Assembly (NCBI GenBank): GCA_964016885.1
Contig: OZ024741.1
Location: forward strand, 338,458,001 to 338,522,000
Origin: Eledone cirrhosa
Lineage: Eukaryota
Reading direction: 5' to 3'
Length of the DNA: 64,000 nt
Below, one piece after another: positions 10,295 through 24,401 of the stretch. Every line of letters begins with the position of its first letter. Within the stretch, counting starts at the first letter, position 1. The translations under genes were made by a program, and so were the position numbers. The notes beneath the pieces were generated by a model. That model was not told the DNA's origin. It did not search any database and saw only the letters and a program-made list of their open reading frames with translations.

Positions 10295-12150
10295 CAGGCG
10301 TGTAAAACCAACACCAACTCTACCACGGGGATCCCCGGGGCTTACGGGAACGGTCCTAGAAACGAGAAAGGCTTCAGACTACTGGAATTCTGTGACACCA
10401 ATGACCTATTTATTAGTAACACGAATTTCAGAAAACGAAACAGCCGCCCAATCACATATAAATCAGGTGACCTCGCCAGCCAAATTGATTTCATTGTTAC
10501 TAGAAGACGAGACAGACTGGCTGTTAGGAACACAAAGTCCCTCCTCGCTGAAGAATGAACCTCCCAACAAAACCTAGTAGTTAACGACCTTATTGTTAGG
10601 TCTAGAAGAACTCAAAAACAGAAGCCAACCTAGAGGAGACGAGTATGGAAGTTAAAAGACCCATCAAACAATGACAAATTTAGGTAGCAGCAGCATCGTA
10701 AACTGCTACAAGGGAAAAGGAGATGCCCTAGATAGAGAAAACTATAGAGGCATTAAATTGGTTGACCAGGTTATGAAGGTCAGCTGATTAGAGAATATGT
10801 TAACATAGATGAAATGCAGTTTGGATTTGTCCCAGGTAAGAGTACCACAGATACCCTCTTCCTTGTAAGACAACTGCAGAAGTACCTAGCTAAGAGTAAG
10901 CCCCTCTACCTGGCTTTTGTCGACCTTGAAAAAGCTTTTGACGGAGTCCATCGTTCCATTATCTTGTTGGCTCTTAGGAAACTAGAAGTTGACAAATGGC
11001 CTGTGAGGACAATTCAAGTAATGTATAGAAGAACAACCAATAAGGTGAGACATAACAATGACTATAGTGAAGAATTTAGCGTGCAGGTTGGTATCCATCA
11101 GGGCTCTGTTCTTAGCCCTCTTCTGTTTATTATCGTTCTGTAGACAATAACGGAGGAGTTTAAGACCGGCTGCCCATGGGAACTTCTGTATGCTGATGAC
11201 CTAACCCTTATAGACGAATCTATAGCTGAACTAGGGATGAAATTCCAGACCTGGAAGTAAGGCCTAGAATCTAAAGGTCTGAAAGTCAACCTGGCAAAGT
11301 CTAAAGTCCTAATAGGTAGAAGGGATAGAAAGGCCCAGATCTCCTCTGGGAAATGGCCCTGCTTAGTGTGCAGAAAAAGATTACCTAGGTAGAAATTCCA
11401 TTCTATGTACCAAATGCAAGCAATGGGTACACAAGAGATGTAATGGGATCTCAGGCAGGCTAACAAAGAATATAGGTTTTACTTGTGCACAGGGGCAGTA
11501 AGTAACAAGAACCCTCAGAATACAACCACCTTCAAATGCTCAAAGGGATCGGTTGAAGTGGTAGATAATTTCCGTTACCTGAGTGACTAAATCTGTAGTT
11601 AGGGAGGGTGTTCTGAAAGCACAGTAACCAGAGTGAGATCGGGTTAGAGTAAATTCAAGGAGGTACTACCGTTACTAGCTACAAAAGGTTTTTCTCTCAA
11701 AATGAAAGGCAGACTGTATGATGCATGTATACGAACAACAATGTTGCACAGCAGCGAGACCTGGGCACTGTGTGCTTAGAACCTGCGAAGATTGGAAAGA
11801 AATGAAGCCCCAAGCTTCGCTGGATGTGCAATAGCAATATACGTGAACGGCAAAGTATAAATATACTGCGTGAGAAATTAGTCATAAGAAGGTTCAGTTG
11901 TTGCATGCAGGAGAGGAGATTGCGTTGGTATGGACAAATGATGCGTATGAAGGATGACAGCTGTATAAGGTGCAGAGTGCTAAAAGTCGATGGTAGTTGA
12001 GGTGTGGACAGGCCTAAAAAGACTTGGGATGAGATAAAAAAAAAAGCTGACCTTGCACAATTACACCTCACAAAGGCAATGACACAGGACCGCGACCTCT
12101 GGCGTTACGCAATTTTACAGAAGGCCCACTCTCAGGATGAGGCTTATACC
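10295..12150 (+). mobile_element. Decayed RTE-clade LINE (APE endonuclease remnant, RT, Cys-rich insert)
   Basis: QFGFVPGKSTTD, LAFVDLEKAFD, VGIHQGSVLSPLLF and CPWELLYADDL motifs, with many stops. Confidence 0.88.
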
Positions 12151-12254
12151 TAGTAGGCAACACCTTCCTCAACATTCTATATCATCTTATTCACCTCCCT
12201 AAGCGGTAACCTTACTACCCTGTCCACATTTTCCCCAAGCTTCCTCGCCCCACC

Positions 12255-13110
<856 letters not shown>

Positions 13111-13165
13111 TTGATGTTGATGATGATATGTGTGTGTGTGTGTGTGTGTATGTGTGTGTGTGTGT

Positions 13166-13237
<72 letters not shown>

Positions 13238-13244
13238 CAGATAG

Positions 13245-13440
13245 GGTGCGGTAAAATACTAGGTGGACCATAACCCACCAGAGTAATCGATACTTGAGGT
13301 AGTAGAGTGGGTAATATGAAAAGATTCAGGGCCGCGACGGCTGAGCTCCGGCCGTTTCGACAGCTAGATCCGAACTAAGCCACCCGTATTAGAACGGTGG
13401 GAATGTAGCTGAACTTGTCAACGGGTGCAGTCCATATATG
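13245..13440 (-). mobile_element. pLTR-like fragment with hammerhead-like motif (13332-13425), family of 3780-3970
   Basis: Minus strand reads cccgt TGACAA gttcagcta...tagctgtc GAAA cggc-cggagctca-gccg TC gcgg. Confidence 0.55.
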
Positions 13441-14084
13441 GGCATGCAGTCAAAGCAAAAAAGCAAAAAATCTAAGCAAAAAATCTTAAAAGTTTGTTGT
13501 TTTTCTTGTTTTTCTCCAGGAGTGGTCAGTGATCTGGAGTGGGGGTTACCTTAGATCAAATGGCTCGTTTCGTCCTGCTAAATGTCGTGTATATAGTTTA
13601 TTACCTTTTTAACAGGGGGGGGGGGGGGAGCTAGACACACCGAAATGCAAGGGGGAAGGGGTTAGTAGACAAACTGACCTGAAAGTGCCAAGCCAGTCAG
13701 GTGAGCACACACGCCATTAAGAGAGATTTTTTATCCTAAACAATTATTTCTAATATGTAGAAACTTCAATTCAAGAGGGAAAAAAACAAAGGAGAGAAAA
13801 TATAATTTCGGCATATATAAGTCAAAGTGGATAGCGTAGTGTACTTATGTTTTTATAAGTTTGCTTTATCTTACACTTTGCTAAAAGGCTAAGCATTTAT
13901 AATTTATTACTAATTCAGCTCCTCATAGAGAAATGTAGTTATCAATTACTCTATGGCGCGGGCTCTCTAGTACTGTTGTAAATTAGCTAACGTTCTATAG
14001 CAAAGTAAATTCCTCAAAAAGCCTGAAAGTGTCAATTTAACATGTATGTCAAAGCTATCGCCAAATATTGGCAAAAGGAAAGAA

Positions 14085-14365
14085 CTTAGAGATACTTTCC
14101 CTAAACTACCAAAGGAGATACTTTTTCCCAAATTACCGAAGGGAAAACTTTGAGATAACGGTCTTCAACCTAAAGGGAGAGAACCTCCGGATATCTTTCC
14201 CCAAACCTCCAAGAGAGAAACATTAGTGATACTTTCCCCAAACTGCCCAAGGGAGAGAACTTCGACATATTTTCCCAAAACTTCCCATGGGAGGGAACTC
14301 CGAGATACTTTTCCTTAAACTACAGTAAGAGAGAGAATTTCAAGATACCTTTCCCAAATCTACCG
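14085..14365 (+). repeat. Degenerate ~30-35-bp minisatellite
   Basis: Recurrent gagatactttcccnaaactnccnaagggagagaac-like units. Confidence 0.75.
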
Positions 14366-14504
14366 AATCATAGGCTTATTATAAAGGCCCCAGAATACAT
14401 TTATGGGGAATTTGCAGAAAGATGTGGAGAGGTTTCAGAACAGAATTTATGAAAAACTCACATATCAACCATTCACATGTATATGTATATCATATATATA
14501 TATG

Positions 14505-15236
14505 TATAAGTATGTACACGTACATACATATATGTATACAGACGTACAGTAGTATGTATATATATATACATACATGCGCACATATATATATGTACGTATG
14601 GATTCACCGAACATTTATTATAATGCTCGGTGTGTTTGTAAACAAACATCCCGTATTAAGCCGTAGTGTCCAGCAACCATCGTTGCTCGTTTGTTCAACA
14701 CTGACAAAGGAACGCTGTACTAGTTTCGAGCTTATTAGCTATCGTCAGCAACGTATACCTTCCTACCAGATTGTTGAACGTATATACTTACCTTATGCAT
14801 ATTAAAGGCTGAGTGGCCCAATTTGCATATCGAGTGGGTTAATCGACCGGGTGCACCGAAAACGATAAACGGAAAAAATGAAACGAAATTTCATTTCCCA
14901 CTCTTAGTACGGCTGTTACTTAAATATAAGTATGTACACGTACATACATATATGTATACAGACGTACAGTAGTATGTATATATACATACACGCACACATA
15001 TATATATATGTACGTATGGCTTAATACGGGATGTTTGTTTACAAACACACCGAGCATTATAATAAATGTTCGGTGAATCCATACGTACATATATATATGT
15101 GTGTGCATGTATGTATATATATATATACATACTACTGTACGTCTGTATACATATATGTATGTACGTGTACATACTTATATTTAAGTAACAGCCGTACTAA
15201 GAGTGGGAAATGAAATTTCGTGTCATTTTTTCCGTT
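14505..15236. mobile_element. PLE/retrozyme-like direct plus inverted repeat block containing a minus-strand hammerhead
   Basis: 14505-14600 is repeated at ~14926-15018, and 15019-15236 is the reverse complement of the unit. Confidence 0.7.
14712..14754 (-). ncRNA. Type-I hammerhead ribozyme (minus strand)
   Basis: Minus strand reads acgttg CTGACGA t-agc-taataa-gct-c GAAA ctag TA cagcgt. Palindromic actagt, GUA triplet, outer helix gttcaaca/tgttgaac. Confidence 0.8.
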
Positions 15237-15434
15237 TATATATATATGTATATTATACATATTTCGATTTTTGTAGTGGTCTTTTTCCTTCTCTAGGGGA
15301 TTTTACCCGACTTTTATGAGCTATTTTACAGCAACTGTCTGTATTCACAGTTATTTTCTGCATCTAAGCTGCCTACGTCTTATAAATACATGTGTGTATG
15401 CGTGTATCCTTCAATAGAAACAACGTAAGTATCC

Positions 15435-17000
15435 TCTCTCTCACTTACTCCTTCCCACCCAACAACAGCTGAAAGTATAAATCACCATGGGAGCAAGGAT
15501 GGTGGTTTAACGACTTCAGATAACTAGATATAAACGTGGCAGCCATCAGCAAGACCAGAATTTCTTAGTTAGACCCATTCACAGCCATCTTCAATGGTTA
15601 GAATATGTATTACATTTTGTTGTCAGCCTACATCAGGGAGTGAAGTAGCTGTATTATTTCTGACATGAGCATCAACAACGGTGGTGCCTTCAGACAGGAA
15701 CAAGGTTTTCAGACATCTTTGGGTGTCTAGAAACATTCTGAGGAATGTCCTGCTCTTTAATACTAGAGACTGAAATGACATCTTAGACGCGTCGAGATTG
15801 TGTGGGGAGGATGAGGGAATAATTGATGGGAGGATGGTGCAATAGTGTCATAAAACTGTTCAGACCTTTCCAAATATCTGGCAGGAACTGACTGGGTCTC
15901 CTGAAGATGTCATCTAGATTGTATCTAAATAGTCAGTAGACAAGATTAGAGTAGAGTATCCACATTTTCAACTGGTTGACTACACAGACCACAAATCTTT
16001 TAACTGCATGGTTGACCTAGATATAACACAGAAGCAAAAACTCTGCTACTGGGAGCTGAACACATCTGTCCCTGCAGGTAAAGCCTACAGAAACTGGATT
16101 AGTGACTTAGTTAAGTGGCAACTGACAGGGGCTATCTACAACAACTGATAGTTGATTAATTTAAAGAGCAATTAGCATAGAATCAATAAGGTTTATTAAA
16201 GAAATAGCTTCTGGATTTGCGACCAGTATTTAGCATCTGTAATGGAAAGGCCAATGGAAACATTGTTTACTTGGTCAGATTAGACAAGTTCCACTTCACT
16301 CGTTAAACAAATGAGGTCTGTGTGTGTGTGTAAACAGTAAACAGAAATAGCAAATTAGTAGGGAAATCAAATTAGATGTAGGGGAGGCTAGAGAACAATT
16401 TAGAGGGAGAAATTCAGAAAGTCATTGCAACTAACATGTTAGTAATAAGAATATCAAAACACAAAGGCTGTGTTCTCTGAGCTAATGCACTTGCTCTAAG
16501 ACAGGATGGAATGAAAGCATTCAATAGAACTGAGTCACATAGGATAATATGGCAAGAAAACTATAATAGGTCTTTGACCGATTGGTGTAAACACATGCTA
16601 CTCGATGTCAAGTAGATGTATGTGCCTATTTAGCCACATTTTGCTCTACTGTTCAAGGTGAATGGTGGATGTGGACTGAAGATAGTTGTGAACTTTAGTG
16701 GCTTGAAGTGGATTTTATCAGAAAATGCAAAGTGCTGCAAAAAAGCAAATAACAGCAGCTGAAATACAGATGGTGATAAGTAGTTATATGAGAGGCAGAT
16801 CATCTGGTTTAGATAGTCTGCCCTATGAGTTTTACATATATATTTGCCAGTCTTATTCACTAACGACTTGGCTAATGTCTTAGATGTGTGTGCTTGAGGT
16901 TGGTAGCACTGCTGAGAAAAGGGATGAACAAAGGGGACAATAGTCATCATTTCCAGTTCATAAATGCAGCATTTAAGATTTTGGCCAGGTGTACGGCTCA
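15435..17000 (+). mobile_element. Highly decayed Tx1/L1-like LINE (family of 47412-50778)
   Basis: Colinear matches include gccatcagc-agaccagaat, ctagagac/aaacatt, gactacacagaccacaaat and aaagcctacaga. Confidence 0.7.
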
Positions 17001-17298
17001 AAATCTTCAATACGTTCAATGTTAGCATCATCATTATTGACTAGTTCAAAAATAAAAAGAGACAAATTTTGCTGAAAATTGCTTTATTGATGTCTTAAGT
17101 TTCTATATATATATACATATATAATTGTGTGTGTGTGTGTATGTGTGTGTGTGTGTATTCATATATATATATATATATATATACATATATATATTACAAT
17201 TATTTATTAGAATTACTAGAACTTAGATATAGCAGTATTATTGTTGATGTAAAAGTAGTTTCCGTGAAGCATTGTGTTTCTGATAGTTATTTTGTCGT

Positions 17299-17328
17299 TT
17301 AGAAATTGCTGCATTTGGAAAAGCGCAC
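17299..17328 (-). CDS. Pif/LamG3-like gene, exon 8 (last coding exon): VRFSKCSNF*
   Basis: Acceptor ttgtttttcag, phase 0 matching exon 7, TAA stop. Minus-strand AATAAA lies downstream at ~17203 and ~17083. Confidence 0.7.
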   Translation of the reverse strand: MRFSKCSNF

Positions 17329-18161
17329 CTGAAAAACAACAACCATATCATTAGAAAAAACATTATTTTCAGTTGAGAATCCAAAACTTATTACCAACAT
17401 TAACTTGGTAATAAATATTTGTAGTTATTATATTTTGCATTGCTTCCTTGTAACAAGCATGTCTTATGTAACTGTGTGTGACAGAGTGTGTTTGTGTGTA
17501 TGTGTACATTCGTGTGGGCACATGTGTGTGTGTGCACATGCATGTGTGTGTGTGTGTGCATATGTGTGTGTATGTGTGTGCATGTGTGTGCCCATGTGTG
17601 TGTGTGTACGCATGTGTGTGCCCATGTGTGCGTGTATTCTCTACCCCTATGCATAGGGGTAGAGAATGTGCTTATGTCTGTGTGTAAGTATGTGTGTGTG
17701 TGTGCATACAAGTCAAAGCATAGCGTCCGAAACGTTAAGACCCTCTTCCTGCTATTTCAAGCGTTAACCTAATATATTCCTTCCATATACTGTACCGATT
17801 GTGTTGTTATTTGTGTTTACCTTTTACATAGATATATATATACATACATATATATAAATATATATATATATATATGTTAGGAAGGCAAGGCTGTGTGGTC
17901 ACTGAGAACGAGTGATAGAAGGAAAGGTGACACAAACAAGAGATGAAAAGTTTCCCTTCGGCAGCTGTTTACCACGGGTCATGCATGTTTTGGTGTATTA
18001 TAAACAGAACATTGATCCATAGCGCACCCATGGTCTTTTATCTATAAAAAGGCCATGAGGGAAAGAAGTGATAGCGAAGAGAGAGAAAGAAAGAAAAAAG
18101 GGAAGAAGAAAAAAAGGAAAAAAACGAAGTAAACATACCAACATATATATGTATATATATA

Positions 18162-18193
<32 letters not shown>

Positions 18194-18195
<2 letters not shown>

Positions 18196-18865
18196 GAAAT
18201 AGAAAGATTTGAATGGATACAGTTTAGTTGAAAGGAATTTATTGACACGTGTTTCTATAACAGTTACATAACCTAAAACAGCTATCTACAAACTTTTAGT
18301 TATGCAGACATTCAATATTTCAATGTTATTATTTACTGTCATTTCATCAGAATAATATTACTGAGGACCTGTTTAGTTTTTATAGAGCTTTTCCAGGAGC
18401 CAAAATTTCTGCAAATTGTGTAATCTTGAGATTTATTACATAATCACACACAAGAAGAAACTGCTGAATAACAGAATTGAACGAACATTATTCTGCCGTC
18501 ACAGAACTAAAACCCTTTTTTCCCACTACAAGCCGAATATTACATAAAAGAGGGACATCCCCCAACTATATAAACCTTAATCTAGTTAGAAAAATATAAA
18601 AACAATCTCTTCTCAACATATATTAATAACCTTAAATTACCATACTAATAATGAAAAGATATGCTGATGAGAATAGGTACAAATATGCGATAATGAATGT
18701 GTCTAAAAACGTCCATAAGTATGTATATATATGTGAAAATGTATATAAATAAGTAAATATATATATATGTTTGATGTGTATAGTTAGATGTAAGTGTATT
18801 CATGTATTAAAGTGCTTATATATATGTGTATATGTATATGTGTGTATATGTATGTGTATGTATAT

Positions 18866-18897
<32 letters not shown>

Positions 18898-19600
18898 GTA
18901 TGTATATATGAGTATATGGATGTGTAAGTATGTGTATGTGTGTACACATGGACTAGAGTATGTATGTATATATGTGTGTGTCTATACGTGTGTATATAAA
19001 GATAAGTTGAGTATGAAAACGTATACACATGAGCGCGTATGTATGTACATGAATACATGCATGTGTATATATATGTAAGTATGAATATGTGAATTGTGAG
19101 TATATGTATTTTGTAGAGGTGTGCAAATATATTTGTGTGTGAATGCGTGGGTGAAAGGATACGTACACTTGAAAGAAAAATTTAAGTCTGAATGTTAATT
19201 AAGTGCAAACACAAAACCAACCACGCATATCTTTACTATCTCTAATCCTTCTATAGATTTAGAAAAATAACCAATAATATATTCTATAAAAAATGTCAAA
19301 ACAACAGATGGGAATCTAATTACTCACTGCCACCAAGAATTCTCACTGCTATCGAAAAACCACTCCTTCAACTATTCTTCTAACAACTTCACCCCTCCCT
19401 CCTAATATTCTCTATAAAAACTAAACAGGTCCTCAGTAATATTATTCTGATGAAATGACAGTAAATAATAACATTGAAATATTGAATGTCTGCATAACTA
19501 AAAGTTTGTAGATAGCTGTTTTAGGTTATGTAACTGTTATAGAAACACGTGTCAATAAATTCCTTTCAACTAAACTGTATCCATTCAAATCTTTCTATTT
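18194..19600 (+). mobile_element. Truncated Penelope-like element in the last intron: inverted pLTR (18194-18387), GIY-YIG C-terminus, pLTR (19411-19600)
   Basis: ~190-bp near-perfect inverted arms. 18410-18511 translates CKLCNLEIYYIITHKKKLLNNRIERTLFCRHRTK. Confidence 0.85.
19442..19558 (+). ncRNA. Type-I hammerhead ribozyme with very long stem II (inverted copy at 18239-18355, minus strand)
   Basis: ttatt CTGATGA a-atgacagt...~70 nt...actgttat-a GAAA cacgtg TC aataa. Palindromic acacgtgt and GUC triplet. Confidence 0.78.
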
Positions 19601-19705
19601 TTCTCCGGATTACTTTTGGAACTACAACTGGAACCGTCGAGCAAACTCTACGTGAGCTGATAATCTACTGTGTGTAATATTTATATTACAACACAACGGA
19701 AAATA

Positions 19706-19775
<70 letters not shown>

Positions 19776-19988
19776 GAAAGTACAGCATATTCGAAGCTCG
19801 AGCTGCAGCTAAGCCGATGAATGCCTTCAGAAGTGCAGCCAAGCACTCGACAAGGTATAAACCTCAGAGTAATAACATACAGTTTAAAGGGCTTTGCAAA
19901 TTGAAGATAGCGACCGGTAATCCAGCCGCGTGGTATGTAGCAACGAAAGAACTGACTCGTGAGAAAAAATACATACACATATATATAT

Positions 19989-20021
<33 letters not shown>

Positions 20022-20238
20022 GTATATATATAGACATATATATATATATGCGTGTGTCTGTGTGCATGTGTGTTGTGTATATATATATACATATGTATTT
20101 TATGAGTAAATACCATATACCGTGTAGTGCAGCTTGTTTTGTTTTTTTCATCATTAAATGTTTGGTTAATGGTGTATAGAAGTTCAGTAATATAGTGAGA
20201 AAAATCATTTGTACTTTTAAGTGTCAAATATTACTTAC

Positions 20239-20318
20239 ATTTTTCATGTTTCCAACAAACTTATTCATGGATCTATCTTCTGCAATAACCATTCCACATT
20301 TTGAAAGGGGAATAGAAC
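20239..20318 (-). CDS. Pif/LamG3-like gene, exon 7: (G)SIPLSKCGMVIAEDRSMNKFVGNMKN
   Basis: ttttcag acceptor, GTAAGT donor, phase 1 to 0. FVGNM resembles the LamG F-G-I motif. Confidence 0.85.
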
Positions 20319-20519
20319 CTGAAAATATATTTTGATAAATAACTATGTGTGATATGTATTCAATTATATATGGCACATATGGAATTTCATCGATATAAAT
20401 TTGAGTATTTGCTAGACAGTTATTATGATTTACATTGCTGTATATTGTAAATAACTTACCTAGAATGCCATGTTATAAATTCTGATAAATTATATAATGT
20501 GTGTATTTAATGTGTATTC

Positions 20520-20850
20520 ACCTCTTGGGGGAGATTCCACCAACAGTGTATGTGCACCATTACTAAACATCCATTGGAGTGACTGTCACCAAGACAGAGG
20601 TCCTTAAGGAGACCAAGATCGCCAGTAACAGACCACTTTTATGAAGACACAGTGGCGCTAGGTGATGCATGTCTCCAGAAGGGCAAACCATCATCTTCCA
20701 AAACTCGTGTTCTACGGAGAATTGTCTTCTGGTTGTCGAAACAGCACTGCACCAAAGAAGTGGTACAAATATGTGCTAAAAGAGACCCTGAGAATATGTA
20801 ACATTGACCACCACCTGTGGACCTCTACCCAGGGAGGCTACCAGCACATT
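20520..20850 (+). mobile_element. RTE-like LINE 3' fragment
   Basis: HVSRRANHHLPKLVFYGEL..G.R...PKKWYK is typical of the RTE C-terminus; a second fragment lies at ~21740-21890. Confidence 0.65.
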
Positions 20851-21593
20851 TGAGGCAAATCGTCATGTCAGCCTGGGCATGAGGAGAGACTGGCAGGAGG
20901 GTGATGTCAAGGTGAAGCCAAGCACAACACAGTCATTTGATGGAGTCATAGAAGTATTGTCATGACAAATGACATCGCATTGTCAGGTGATGCCCGTGAA
21001 GGTGTTTAATTGTTTCAGGACCCTAGCCTTGTCATCACCCATGGTAACACTGCCATGGTAACACTTGCCTCGAAAAGTTCTGATGATTATTGAGGTGTGT
21101 GGCCAATTGATACACTTAGTCATGAATCGATATATATGTTTTGTTTCTTTTTTTTCTCACTTTGATTATATATTTCTCTGTATTATATTTATTTAATCTT
21201 ATATATTTGTTATGCATGTATGATCCCATAACTCTTGAGGGAGTCGTAGGGGCGCCGTATTGACATACAGCATTTCTAGAGCTTTTTTTTTTTTAATGGT
21301 GGAGCCCATCTTCTCTCCAAGTCTGAATACAGCAGATTTCTTCCAGAGAAGGATAGAGAGTGAGAGAATATGGAAGTGAGAAAGAGATATAGAGTTAAAA
21401 TCAACCCCAGTACTAGACTGGTCCTTTTTTTATCGATCTCGAATGGAGGAAATGCAAAATTGACCTCAGCAAGATTTGAAATGAGAGCCGGAACAAATAC
21501 CGCAAAGCATTCTATCCAATGTTCTAAATGATTCTGTCAATTTGCCACCTTATATATTTGTTATACGGTAGTTAAAAAATTATGGAAAATTAC

Positions 21594-21690
21594 CTGTTAC
21601 AAACTCCTTTGAAATTTCAATGTTGTTAACGAGAAACGAAACTGAATTTGGGTCTTTCTTCATTGTGACGGTGTTCCAGTTCCCCAAAAT
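21594..21690 (-). CDS. Pif/LamG3-like gene, exon 6: ILGNWNTVTMKKDPNSVSFLVNNIEISKEFVT(G)
   Basis: tttcttgcacag acceptor, GTAATT donor, phase 0 to 1. LamG-like W-H/N-T-V...L-V-N/D motif. Confidence 0.87.
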
Positions 21691-22759
21691 CTGTGCAAGA
21701 AATAAAGAAAAATCTTAATAGTTAAAATTTCCTACATACGATCGTACTCTACGGAGAATTGTCTTCTAGCTATCGAAACAGTGGTGCACCCAAGAAAAGG
21801 TATCAAGATATGCTTTAAAAAAGACCCTGAATGTATGTAATATCAACCACCCCCAGTGAACCCTCGGCTGCTGACCACAATGCTTGGTGCCACACCATAA
21901 TATAAAATTTTAAAAGTATGAAAAATACAATAAATAAATAAATAAATAAATAAATGTATATATATAAATATATAAACAAATAAATAAGTTGGACTAGCGA
22001 TATCTAGAAAAATTATTTTATTGTATTCAATAATAGTAAGTGTCAGCCTTTTGAGCCAGTAATGTAACTTCATACCATATAGACAAACAATCATTTATTT
22101 AATGAAAGTTCTCATATAAAACCATATAGATAGCATATAAATACCATACAGATACCAAATAAATAGTTACTGTACATTTCTATAAGCATAGAATTGTAGA
22201 TAATAAAATGACATCGTTTTGGTATACAAACACCACTTTTGAATAAACATTTATAATACGGAATAGACAAGGGCCCCATAAATGACGGTGAATGCAATAC
22301 GTCTAGGAGAGCATTTACTTTGAATGAAATAAGACTGCACGGGGTGGACATAGACTCTATAAGCCATAATGAAAACAACCTCTCTACGAGAGGTCACTCT
22401 TGATAAAAACTAATACAGGATAGAAAGGACCCTTAACTCCAGTCAAAAACCTCTCTAGTAGTGCTGATGGCACAATAAAATGCATCCACTATATGCTATA
22501 AAGTGATGAGTGATAGAAAGGGCATCCATCAAGAAAAGAAACTGCCAAAAATTATCATCATCATCATCATCATGAAAAGTAGATGAAATGATGATGGGTC
22601 ATGTTAATATTTTCATATATATGTAGATGCTCATATATTTACAAAATAATAATGTAAGATACTAATATTTTTTATGGAAAGGAAATGAAACGGCTTCTGA
22701 AAATGAAAACTGGATTGAGAACTTTGCTCAGTCTAAATGTTAACTTCTAGTTTACAGTT

Positions 22760-22980
22760 CAAATATCAGTTGCTCTCTGGTAGGTTTGTGGTATTGCCTG
22801 CAGTAGTGGAGACTTCCGGCATTCTTGCACCCAGGACCACATCCCTGCTCACTGCTATCAGAGCAGAGTTGGTTGCCCACAGGTGTGAGCCCATGAGGTG
22901 GAGAGGCTGTTCCAGTATATCTCTCTTGCTGTCCTCCGGGGGGAGGGGAAGCAATGTATTCTCCATCCTCTTAGTGAGCC
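22760..22980 (+). mobile_element. 3' fragment of CRE-like retrotransposon (family of 37330-40110)
   Basis: KYQLLSGRFVVLPAVVETSGILAPRTTSLL matches KYWLLSNRFAVMPLAMKTSCVLGPRATSLL. Confidence 0.75.
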
Positions 22981-23179
22981 AGGACCAAGAGGCAGAGAGT
23001 AAGTCAGTTAGAGATGAAGGATACTCGTTTGGACGTCACACATATACACACATACACAAAATAGATAAAAAGAAACAATATTTGTAATGTTACAAAACTT
23101 TGTAAACTTACAAAGCCCATAAGCTACTGAAGTTTACAGTGTTCACAATATCAACAAAGAAATATATTGATTAACTTAC

Positions 23180-23532
23180 CACATTCGTTGACGATTCAAT
23201 GTTTTTTATTCCAGTAATTGTTCTTACTTTTAGTAAAAAATTGACCGTGTTGCCATTAAGGCTGAAACTGAATGTTGCATCTTCTGTACAATTATTGTTG
23301 CTCATTAAAGCTGTTATTCCTGTATTTCCAGATGGCATTTGGAAATCCACAGACAGACCAAACCATTCACCAAGTTCATTATTAGAAAAAAAAGGAACTC
23401 CTACAGTGGTGGTGCCATTGAAAATGGCAAAATCGTTATTGAAAGAAATAGCTTCGGCATTGAGGTAAACCGTTTCAGGGACTGTTTCTAAGTTTCCATT
23501 CAGAGGAGCTGTGAAGCTGAAACAGGTTGTAG
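23180..23532 (-). CDS. Pif/LamG3-like gene, exon 5 (LamG/ConA-like domain, N-terminal part)
   Basis: 353-nt open exon with ttcctgcattacag acceptor and GTAAGT donor; encodes ...FAIFNGTTTVGVPFFSNNELGEWFGLSVDF...GITALMSNNNC...; phase 1 to 0. Confidence 0.9.
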
Positions 23533-24254
23533 CTGTAATGCAGGAAAAAGAATGTAAACAGATTTGCTGAATGTCTCATGAAATAAAAACGAAAAACAAA
23601 ATGCAGGGTGAGTCATAAGTAACCAGGAAATCAATGCATTTTTTTTATTGCAAGGTTCACAGATAACTTTTTGAACATCCACATATTTGTGTGGGATCAG
23701 CCATGATTGTATTGTTTTTACTTTTGTTTGATGTATTTATAATTTTGTAATTTACGACCAGAATATTAGTAAATATTATCATTTGAAATATAAATGTTGT
23801 ACTGCCAGATTAGTTATAACTCACCCTGTATAATCAAGTGAAAATAATTAGAAAAAAATAATAACATTGTCGTAAATGATTTCATAGAAACAAAGCAAAA
23901 ATGTATTTGTTGAAATGTGGACTGCTTGCTTGGTGATAAGAATATGGAGAGGGAGGACATGAGGCCAACTGCTGTCGGTAGGAGTGGGTGAGCAGAAGTG
24001 AGTTGAATTAATGCCACTGACTTCTGCCACATCCACTTGGGGTTTACCTGAGTCATTTCATTGCTACATTATAGCATTCATACACACACATAGAAGTTGA
24101 GGTTATTTGGTTTATTTCATACCACAGCACAACTAACATTAAAATTCAACCTGCTACAGGATTGAATTTAGTCTAGTAAACCCATGAAAGGGCTATCTCA
24201 GCATGGTTACAAACTAAAGATTGAAACTAGTAAAAATAAAATAACAATAATTAC

Positions 24255-24401
24255 GTCTGATATTCACATTAGACTCAATACATGTGCATAAAGTCATATT
24301 AAATTCCAGTCCTGCACCGCAGCTTCTTTCAACCCAATCCGATCCGACTTTCTCGAGATAATTTCCTTCCTCACCGGAAAGCCGATACAGAGATGAACAT
24401 G
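24255..24401 (-). CDS. Pif/LamG3-like gene, exon 4 (Cys-rich chitin-binding-like module)
   Basis: cacttcag acceptor, GTAATT donor; SCSSLYRLSGEEGNYLEKVGSDWVERSCGAGLEFNMTLCTCIESNVNIR; phase 1 to 1. Confidence 0.88.

Noticed and set aside
17715-17750. gaaacgtta as a hammerhead half
   Set aside because: No upstream CUGANGA core or stem I partner.
19785-19960. GC-richer island with ccgatga, considered as exon or ribozyme
   Set aside because: No GAAA or stem arrangement, and not needed for a phase-consistent gene model.
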